Assembly (NCBI GenBank): GCA_038125645.1
Contig: JAYPEG010000007.1
Location: 21 to 64,020, forward strand
Direction: 5' to 3'
Source: Alphaproteobacteria bacterium
Lineage (GTDB): Bacteria > Pseudomonadota > Alphaproteobacteria > Puniceispirillales > Puniceispirillaceae
Length of the DNA: 64,000 nt
Positions 57,445-64,000 of this stretch are shown piece by piece. The notes below the pieces were generated by a model. The model had not been told where the DNA came from. It did not search any database and saw only the letters and a list, made by a program, of their open reading frames with translations. Both the position numbers and the translations under genes were made by a program. Numbering within the stretch: position 1 is the stretch's first letter; every line of letters starts with the position of its first letter.

Positions 57445-58854
57445 ATGAGCATAACTGATTTTCAGAACGGTCTTGCTGCAAAATCCGGAAAAAAAGTAAA
57501 AAAACTGTTCTTTGTTACCGCCGCATTATTTGATGACTGGTTCAAAGGGCTGGATGACACAGGGCGCAGCTGGGTGACGGCAAACGGCTTTAGGCCCGCG
57601 TCCGGTTCCTGTCTGACACTTCCCGCGCCCAATGGTGATATCGCTGCGGCTGTTGTTATGGCTGATCCCGTGCTTGTCTGGCAGACAGCGGTGGCGGCGG
57701 CCAGCCTGCCAGCCGGCATCTGGCAGCCCTGTCTTGCATATGCCCCGGATGCCAGCCTTGACGAAATCCAACTGGGCTGGGGGCTCGCCCAATATCATTT
57801 TGCCCCGCACAGAAAAAAGCCCACTGACAGCAGGGCACAGCTCTGGCTGGATAAACGCCAGACAGACAGGCTGGTGGACGCGCAGCTGCAAGGGATCACA
57901 ATCGCACGTGAAATGATTAACCAGCCCGCCAATATCATGACAGTTGCAGGCATAGAAAAGGCTGCCCGCGAAATCGCTGCCAGCTTTGATGCCAAAATAA
58001 AGGTTACGAAAGGCAAAGCCCTTGAGCGCAGTTCGCCAGCCATACATATTGTTGGGCGGGCGGCAGAAATACAGCCGCGTCTCATCGATATCAGATGGGG
58101 CCGCAAAGGGCCGGTGATAACGCTGGTCGGCAAGGGAATCAGTTTTGATTCCGGTGGCCTGGATATGAAACCGTCACGGGCAATGGAGCTGATGAAAAAG
58201 GATATGGGCGGGGCGGCCCATGTGCTGGGTCTGGCCGCTGCTATTATGAAGGCCGGCCTGAAAGTCAGGCTGCGGGTTCTGGTGGCAGCAGCAGAGAACG
58301 CTGTCTCTGAGCGTGCCATGCGGCCGCTTGATGTAATTGACACAGCCGCCGGCATTGCTGTTGAGGTCGGCAATACCGATGCTGAGGGGCGCCTTGTGCT
58401 GGCTGATGCGCTCTATCACGCACTGAATGACAAGGGCTGTCCGCCGCCGCATTTCATAGCTGATTTTGCAACATTGACCGGCGCGGCGCGGGTGGCACTT
58501 GGTACCGAATGTCCGGCCCTGTTCTGTAACAGCCAGGAGACAGGCCAAGAGCTGATGCGGCTTGGCGGCGAGCTGAATGATCCGGTCTGGCAGCTGCCCC
58601 TGTTTGAGGATTATGAGCGCTTTCTTGATAATGGTCAGGCCGGCCTGTCAAGCACGGGGAATTCTGGCTATGGCGGGGCTATCACAGCTGCCCTGTTCCT
58701 GCGCCGCTTTGTCGGGCGCACCGCAAACTGGGCCCATCTAGATGTCATGGCCTGGAATCTGAGCGCACGTCCGGGCCGGCCCCGTGGCGGCGAGGCGATG
58801 GGCCTGCGTACCCTATTTGCCTATATAAGGGATTTCGAGCAGAACAGCAGATGA
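57445..58854 (+). CDS. M17 leucyl aminopeptidase family protein
   Basis: VGKGISFDSGGLDMK and NTDAEGRLVLADAL motifs. Confidence 0.88.
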   Translation: MSITDFQNGLAAKSGKKVKKLFFVTAALFDDWFKGLDDTGRSWVTANGFRPASGSCLTLPAPNGDIAAAVVMADPVLVWQTAVAAASLPAGIWQPCLAYAPDASLDEIQLGWGLAQYHFAPHRKKPTDSRAQLWLDKRQTDRLVDAQLQGITIAREMINQPANIMTVAGIEKAAREIAASFDAKIKVTKGKALERSSPAIHIVGRAAEIQPRLIDIRWGRKGPVITLVGKGISFDSGGLDMKPSRAMELMKKDMGGAAHVLGLAAAIMKAGLKVRLRVLVAAAENAVSERAMRPLDVIDTAAGIAVEVGNTDAEGRLVLADALYHALNDKGCPPPHFIADFATLTGAARVALGTECPALFCNSQETGQELMRLGGELNDPVWQLPLFEDYERFLDNGQAGLSSTGNSGYGGAITAALFLRRFVGRTANWAHLDVMAWNLSARPGRPRGGEAMGLRTLFAYIRDFEQNSR

Positions 58855-58902
58855 CCGGGGCCTGCGGGCGGTGCGGCTGACGGCCAGCTCTGCTCTGGTT
58901 TG

Positions 58903-59844
58903 TCAATAGCCTTTGGAACGGTCAACCAGATGGGCAGGCAGCTGCCCGCCGGCAACCGCTTTGATTGCGGCTGCCACCTGATCTGCTGCGGTAAGCGGAT
59001 TGGTTTGGGCCGCCACATGCGGCCAGACGGTAATTGACGGCTCGTCCCAGAAAGGATGCGCTGCTGGCAGCGGTTCCTGAACAAAAACATCCAGACAGGC
59101 CCCAGATAGATGCATGCTGCGGACAGCCGCCAGCAGGTCATCCTCAACCACCTGGCGCCCGCGCCCGGCATTAATAAAATATGAACCCCTGGGCATGCGG
59201 GCAAAGGCAGCAGCGTCAAAAATATCCTGTGTCTGCTGTGTCAGTGGCAGAATACAGACATGCACAAAACAGCCGGCCAGCATTTCTGCGAAACCGGACG
59301 GCCCGTGATGGGCAGTGATATCACTGCTGAAATTACGCGCCGTGCGTGACCAGCCATGCACATCAAAACCAAGCGCATGCAAACGCGCGGCAATCACGCT
59401 GCCAATAGCACCCATGCCATAAACACCAACGCTGAGATTAAGAGTCTGCTGCTGATCGAGGGCAGCAAAGACCCTGTTCTGCGCCTGCAGCCTGTAGGCC
59501 GGGCCATTGCGCAGATGATCAAGGATGCCAAGTATGACCCACTGGCTGAGGGCATGCGACATATCCGGGTCAACAAGACGCACTATGCGTGCTGAATGTG
59601 GCAGTGTGCTGTCTGACACAAGATGATCAACGCCCTGACCAAGAGAGATAATAAGCTGCAGCCGGTCAAGGGCTGCCAGACGCCCGGGCGGGGGATACCA
59701 AACCAGCGCAAATGCGGCATCCAGCGCCTCTGGCGTGATTAAATCAACCAGCTGACACGGGCCTAGACGCTGGGTTAGACAATCCTGCCACCAGCGTTTC
59801 TTCTGTTCTGTGCCGTTGCTGTCAAAATATGCAATTTTGATCAT
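58903..59844 (-). CDS. D-2-hydroxyacid dehydrogenase (glyoxylate/hydroxypyruvate reductase A-like)
   Basis: VGVYGMGAIGS NAD motif and FINAGRG...D, HV catalytic pattern. 4-nt overlap with the upstream gene. Confidence 0.85.
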   Translation of the reverse strand: MIKIAYFDSNGTEQKKRWWQDCLTQRLGPCQLVDLITPEALDAAFALVWYPPPGRLAALDRLQLIISLGQGVDHLVSDSTLPHSARIVRLVDPDMSHALSQWVILGILDHLRNGPAYRLQAQNRVFAALDQQQTLNLSVGVYGMGAIGSVIAARLHALGFDVHGWSRTARNFSSDITAHHGPSGFAEMLAGCFVHVCILPLTQQTQDIFDAAAFARMPRGSYFINAGRGRQVVEDDLLAAVRSMHLSGACLDVFVQEPLPAAHPFWDEPSITVWPHVAAQTNPLTAADQVAAAIKAVAGGQLPAHLVDRSKGY

Positions 59845-60668
59845 GGGTGGTGTTTATCTGCTGCCAGCGAATCTGTCTGTGCCAACATGGTCAGTGCCTG
59901 TGCATGCAATTCTGGCCCGCAGGCAGCAACAAGCGAGCCATCGCCGCCAAGCACCGGTGCCCTGCCCTGCCAGTCAGTGACCACAGCCCCTGCCCCCTGC
60001 AGCACGGGAACGAGCGCCATCAGATCATGCGGGGCAAGCTGATGCTCGATGACCAGGTCAAGATGTCCGGCGGCCAGCAGCGCGTAATTATAGCAGTCAC
60101 CGCCATAATGGGCAGAGCGGCACAGCTGGCTGACCGCCTGAAACGACTGCCAGCCCTGCGGGGTAAAGGCCTCTGGGCTGGTTGTCGCAAGATGGGCGTC
60201 GGCCAGCTTCGCACAGCTGCGTGTCTGCAAGTCCCCAGAGCGTCCATCAGAAGTGATGAGACAGGCCCGCCCCTGTGCTGTCAGATAGGTTTCATCAAGG
60301 GCAGGCATATCTATAACCGAGCAGACTGGCTGCCCCTCATGGACAAAGGCTACTAGCGTGCCGAACAGGGGCTTGCCGGTAATAAAGGCGCGGGTGCCGT
60401 CAATTGGATCAATGACCCAGCAACAGGGTTTGTCTGGTTGGCCGCCATGTTCTTCACCAATGATGGCATGATCGCTGAACTGGCTGGCAATAACCGCCCG
60501 CAGCGCGGCCTCGACCTCTTTGTCAGCCAGCGTCACCGGGCTGTCATCCGCCTTGTGATCAACAGCTGGATTCTGTCTGAAATAGCGCTCTATTATCGGG
60601 CGTGAGACGGCTGGCAACCGGGCAAGCAGCTGTTCAGCTGCCTGTATTGTCCCGGCCTTCAGGCTCAT
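59841..60668 (-). CDS. Inositol monophosphatase family protein (probable HisN-type histidinol-phosphatase)
   Basis: SPVTLADKEVE, GEE and WVIDPIDGTRAF motifs. Confidence 0.8.
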   Translation of the reverse strand: MSLKAGTIQAAEQLLARLPAVSRPIIERYFRQNPAVDHKADDSPVTLADKEVEAALRAVIASQFSDHAIIGEEHGGQPDKPCCWVIDPIDGTRAFITGKPLFGTLVAFVHEGQPVCSVIDMPALDETYLTAQGRACLITSDGRSGDLQTRSCAKLADAHLATTSPEAFTPQGWQSFQAVSQLCRSAHYGGDCYNYALLAAGHLDLVIEHQLAPHDLMALVPVLQGAGAVVTDWQGRAPVLGGDGSLVAACGPELHAQALTMLAQTDSLAADKHHP

Positions 60669-61231
60669 TGCCCTTCTGCAGCGATTTCCGCTTCAGTCGG
60701 CAAGGCTGCAGGCTGGTCTGAGAGACTCCGCAGATAGGCGATCAAATCCGCCCGGTCAGACGCCTTTTTCAGCCCGGCAAAATTCATCTTTGTACCCTCA
60801 ATATAGGCCTTTGGCTTATAAAGGAATGCGTTCAGTGACTGATAATCCCAGGCGCCGCCTGTACCGCTCAGCGCCTCTGAATAGGCAAATCCGGCCACCT
60901 GGCCCTTTGGTGTATTGACGATATTCCACAGTGCCGGGCCGACCTTGTTCTGGCCGCCCTTTTCAAACACATGGCAGGCTGTGCATTTTTTGGCTGTCTT
61001 CAGACCGGCATCAGCGTCAGCTGAGGCAAGCAGCGCCAGAACAGGCTCGGGGCCGCTGGCGGCAGGCGCATCTGATGCGGCAGCCGTTTCAGTGGTGACT
61101 TCAATCGGATAGGCATTTTCGGCCAGCTCATGATTCGGCACTAATATCTCAGACAATTTGTAGCCACCCATGGCCAGCAGTCCCGCCATTAAAAAACCAG
61201 CTGCTATCTTGTTGAATTTAAGATCGTCCAT
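60665..61231 (-). CDS. Membrane-anchored class I cytochrome c (CycM-like)
   Basis: N-terminal TM anchor, CTACH heme-binding motif and distal Met region (GTKMNFAGL). Confidence 0.85.
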   Translation of the reverse strand: MDDLKFNKIAAGFLMAGLLAMGGYKLSEILVPNHELAENAYPIEVTTETAAASDAPAASGPEPVLALLASADADAGLKTAKKCTACHVFEKGGQNKVGPALWNIVNTPKGQVAGFAYSEALSGTGGAWDYQSLNAFLYKPKAYIEGTKMNFAGLKKASDRADLIAYLRSLSDQPAALPTEAEIAAEGQ

Positions 61232-61432
61232 AATTCTTCTTCCCCACTGTGACGCGGCACACAGCACCGGTCAGCCCAGTATCCTTTGTGTGACACTGTG
61301 CCCTCTCTGTTCGCAGTCCGGCACAGTCCAGCTCCGTGATAGCGCAATTTGACCACACTCTCAAGCCCTTCGAGGGACAGATGCTGACGCTTTTCCTTTG
61401 CCAGCACTGCAGATTTATGGAAAGAACAGAGC

Positions 61433-62185
61433 ATGAGCACGAGAAAACTGCCAATAATGACATTGATCCCCGCGCGTATGAAGGCCACGCGCCTGCCTGA
61501 CAAGCCAATGGCCGATATTGGCGGCAAACCAATGATTTACCATGTCTGGCAACAGGCAATGGCGGCTGACCTGGGGCCTGTTGTGGTGGCCACCGACAGC
61601 CGCGAGGTTGAAAGGGTGATAACAGATGCCGGCGGCAGGGCTGTTCTGACAAATCCTGATCTGCCCTCTGGTTCTGACCGCATCTATGAGGCATTATGCC
61701 ACATCGGGGGCGACAGGGTTTATGATGGTGTGATTAATCTTCAGGGCGATTTGCCGGAACTGGATCCGGCCCTGTTGCACCGGTTGGCCAATCTGCTCGG
61801 CGAACAGCGTTGGGAGCTGACAACATTAGTGGCCCCGGCAAATGCACAGGAGGCCCAAAAGCCGCAGGTCGTAAAAGCCGTTGTCAGCTTTCCTGACGGA
61901 GAGGAAAACACCGGACGGGCATTGTATTTCAGCCGTGCACCGGTGCCGGACGGGCCCGCCCCCTTTTATCATCATATCGGGCTATATGGCTGGCAGACAA
62001 AAGCGCTGGCACGATTTGTCAGCCTGCCGCCCTCTGCGCTGGAGCTTTCGGAAAAACTGGAACAGTTGCGCGCACTTGAAGAAGGAATGAACATTGGTGT
62101 CGGATTGGTCAGCACAGCCCCCGGCGGGATAGACACACCAGAGGATCTGGCAGCCGTGCGGTCACGCTTTGACGCCAGAGCCTGA
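61433..62185 (+). CDS. kdsB: 3-deoxy-manno-octulosonate cytidylyltransferase
   Basis: LIPARMKATRLPDKPMADIGGKPMI and NLQGDLP motifs. Confidence 0.92.
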   Translation: MSTRKLPIMTLIPARMKATRLPDKPMADIGGKPMIYHVWQQAMAADLGPVVVATDSREVERVITDAGGRAVLTNPDLPSGSDRIYEALCHIGGDRVYDGVINLQGDLPELDPALLHRLANLLGEQRWELTTLVAPANAQEAQKPQVVKAVVSFPDGEENTGRALYFSRAPVPDGPAPFYHHIGLYGWQTKALARFVSLPPSALELSEKLEQLRALEEGMNIGVGLVSTAPGGIDTPEDLAAVRSRFDARA

Positions 62186-62316
62186 GACAGCCTGCCTGGC
62201 CACAGCAAACTATCACCCCGTCACAGATATCACACAGATATTGAAGCCTGCATAAAAACACGCTAGAGACAAAGCTAGGCTTAAACAGCAAAAGCAGAGC
62301 AGAAAGTAACCGGACT

Positions 62317-63162
62317 ATGGTCAGCACACGCAAAATCGCCTTTCAGGGTGTTCCTGGTGCCTATTCTCATATGGCCTGTCAGGCCTTTATGCCAGAAGCA
62401 GAGCCGCTTGCCTGTCACAGCTTTTCAGACATGATAGGGGCAGTACAGTCAAAGGAGGCTGATTTCGCCATGGTTCCGGTTGAAAACTCGACCGCCGGGC
62501 GGGTGGCAGACATTCATCATCTGCTGCCAGAAAGCGGGCTGTTCATCATCGGTGAGCATTTCCAGCCCGTGCAGCACAGGCTGCTGGTGGTGCCCGGCAC
62601 CCGCCTTGAGATGCTCAGCGAGGTGCACAGCCATGAACAGGGTCTGGCCCAATGCCGCAAATCATTGCAGAAGCTGGGCATCCGGCCGGTCATTCACGCC
62701 GATACAGCCGGGGCGGCAAAAGATATTGCCGCACTTGGCAAGCCGCATATCGGTGCGGTCGCCTCTGCCTTGGCAGCTGAAATCTACGGGCTGGAAATAT
62801 TAGAACAGGATATTCTGGACAGTAATTCGAACACAACGCGCTTTTTGATTATGGCCAGGGACAGTCAAATTCCCGCTGATAAAGGTCAGCCCTGCATCAC
62901 CACACTCATTTTTGAGGTGCGTTCTGTTCCGGCAGTTCTTTATAAGGCCCTCGGCGGTTTTGCGACAAATGGCATTAACCTGACGAAACTGGAATCATAT
63001 ATGAAGGGGGGGTCTATGCAGGCCGCACAGTTTTATATTGACTGTGAGGGCCATATTCAAAGCCCGGCCATGGTGAATGCCCTCGAAGAGCTGCGTTTTT
63101 TCTGCAAGGATAACGGCGTGCAGATTCTGGGCAGCTATCCGGCCAGCCCGGCGCGCAGATAG
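62317..63162 (+). CDS. pheA: Prephenate dehydratase
   Basis: IAFQGVPGAYSH, VENSTAGRV and TTRFLIM motifs, plus a C-terminal ACT domain. Confidence 0.92.
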   Translation: MVSTRKIAFQGVPGAYSHMACQAFMPEAEPLACHSFSDMIGAVQSKEADFAMVPVENSTAGRVADIHHLLPESGLFIIGEHFQPVQHRLLVVPGTRLEMLSEVHSHEQGLAQCRKSLQKLGIRPVIHADTAGAAKDIAALGKPHIGAVASALAAEIYGLEILEQDILDSNSNTTRFLIMARDSQIPADKGQPCITTLIFEVRSVPAVLYKALGGFATNGINLTKLESYMKGGSMQAAQFYIDCEGHIQSPAMVNALEELRFFCKDNGVQILGSYPASPARR

Positions 63163-63184
63163 AGCCCCGGCACAGCTAGGGATA

Positions 63185-63210
63185 ACCGCCCCTGTGTACC
63201 GCCCCTGTGT
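63185..63210. repeat. Tandem duplication, 13-bp unit ACCGCCCCTGTGT x2 (perfect)
   Basis: Units at 63185-63197 and 63198-63210, between pheA and the SRP RNA. Confidence 0.95.
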
Positions 63211-63265
63211 CTGGCCAGACCGTCAAAAGAACTTGTTTTCATGCGCCTGATCCATCATAATGCGC

Positions 63266-63362
63266 GGTGGAAGGCTGGATGGACGCTATGTCATGCTGAC
63301 CCTGGCGAGGGCCGAGAGGCAGCAGCCACAGCGTGACTTTTGCGGGTTGTCCAGCCTTTCAT
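63266..63362 (+). ncRNA. ffs: Signal recognition particle RNA (small bacterial 4.5S type)
   Basis: Domain IV core CUGG-CGA-GGGCC-GAGA-GGC-AGCA-GCCACAG aligns with E. coli CAGG-UCA-GGUCC-GGAA-GGA-AGCA-GCCAAGG. The terminal helix GAAGGCTGG / CCAGCCTTTC closes the hairpin. It occupies the conserved position upstream of dnaX. The ends are approximate. Confidence 0.65.
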
Positions 63363-63381
63363 TTATCCGGCATTTATCCGG
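63360..63381. repeat. Tandem duplication, 11-bp unit CATTTATCCGG x2 (perfect)
   Basis: Units at 63360-63370 and 63371-63381, starting at the predicted 3' end of ffs. Confidence 0.95.
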
Positions 63382-63502
63382 TGCAGGGGCGCAACGGGGC
63401 AAGAGCGCGCAGTGAGTTCTACCGCGCACAGAACCCGGGAGGCCGGGGAACAAAAACAGACCGTCTGGTCACCGCACGGACAAGATGATAGGCTCAGGTG
63501 AA

Positions 63503-64000
63503 ATGACTGCGACAGCCCCGACACCTTACCGCGTACTGGCCCGCAAATACAGACCAGAGAGCTTTGATCAGCTGATTGGTCAGGACGCACTGGTGCGTAC
63601 GCTGAGCAATGCGCTCAGGCTCGGACGGCTGGCACATGCCTTTATACTTACCGGGGTGCGCGGAATAGGCAAAACCTCTACTGCCCGGATTTTGGCACGT
63701 GGTCTGAATTGTGAGGGGGCAGACGGCAAAGGCGGGCCGACGCTGAATCCATGCGGTAGCTGCCGCTATTGCCAGGATATCGCCAATGCCCGGCATATTG
63801 ATGTTCTGGAAATGGATGCCGCCAGCAATACCGGCGTTGATGATGTTCGTGAAATTATCGATGGCGCTGCCTATCGCCCGGTTTCAGCCCGGTTTAAAAT
63901 CTATATCATTGATGAGGTTCACATGCTGTCTAGGAGCGCGTTCAATGCGCTGCTCAAAACGCTTGAGGAACCGCCTGACAATGTCAAATTTATCTTTGCG
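63503..64000 (+). CDS. dnaX: DNA polymerase III subunit gamma/tau, N-terminal part (continues beyond the window)
   Basis: Manual translation gives [71 protein letters not shown], with Walker A and the zinc-module cysteines. Not in the ORF track because it is open-ended. Confidence 0.92.
   Translation, partial: MTATAPTPYRVLARKYRPESFDQLIGQDALVRTLSNALRLGRLAHAFILTGVRGIGKTSTARILARGLNCEGADGKGGPTLNPCGSCRYCQDIANARHIDVLEMDAASNTGVDDVREIIDGAAYRPVSARFKIYIIDEVHMLSRSAFNALLKTLEEPPDNVKFIFA

Noticed and set aside
61204-61694. Minus-strand ORFs 61204..61527 and 61218..61694 spanning the cycM/kdsB spacer.
   Set aside because: They overlap the kdsB 5' end and the cytochrome c start and have an Arg/Pro/Gln-rich composition. 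No homology features recognised.
62186-62316. A Phe-rich leader-peptide attenuator upstream of pheA.
   Set aside because: The spacer contains no short ORF with consecutive Phe codons and no terminator/antiterminator pair. It holds only an imperfect 11-bp duplication (62222-62241).
1-64000. tRNA or rRNA genes, CRISPR arrays, IS elements, integrases, toxin-antitoxin pairs or known defence systems.
   Set aside because: I scanned for T-loop-like GGTTCGA/GGTTCAA motifs in tRNA context, regularly spaced 25-40 bp repeats, and transposase, integrase or nuclease-like ORFs. None were found.

Overview
Dense, mostly housekeeping chromosomal segment, about 55% G+C by eye. Gene content and synteny look alphaproteobacterial: ffs-dnaX, hemC-hemD-(Mic60/HemX-like)-hemY, rpoE-chrR, IalB, GapR/DUF2312, membrane-anchored cytochrome c beside kdsB/pheA, and a two-domain cold-shock protein. 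A dddP-like gene suggests a marine lineage. I call about 58 protein genes, one pseudogene, one cobalamin riboswitch, one SRP RNA, three intrinsic terminators and about ten short tandem duplications. I found no tRNA, rRNA, CRISPR array, transposase, integrase or recognisable defence system, and I cannot point to a clearly novel multi-gene system. Five things are most worth a second look. (1) A DMSP/acrylate-flavoured neighbourhood at 29.5-34.4 kb has a dddP-like M24 gene broken by one nonsense codon and one frameshift. Next to it sit an alpha/beta-hydrolase-OsmC fusion, acuI/yhdH, a rhodanese and a truncated SiaB-like remnant. (2) A cobalamin riboswitch drives a low-GC btuB plus a small BtuM/DUF6580-like membrane protein, with no btuCDF in the window. 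(3) Perfect 11-17 bp tandem duplications are unusually frequent at gene boundaries. Several abut start codons, one creates a stop codon and one encodes a repeated pentapeptide. (4) The ChrR anti-sigma factor lacks three of the four N-terminal zinc ligands. (5) A short Mic60/HemX-like protein sits in the heme cluster. All family assignments come from motif recognition and recalled homologues, not from database searches.
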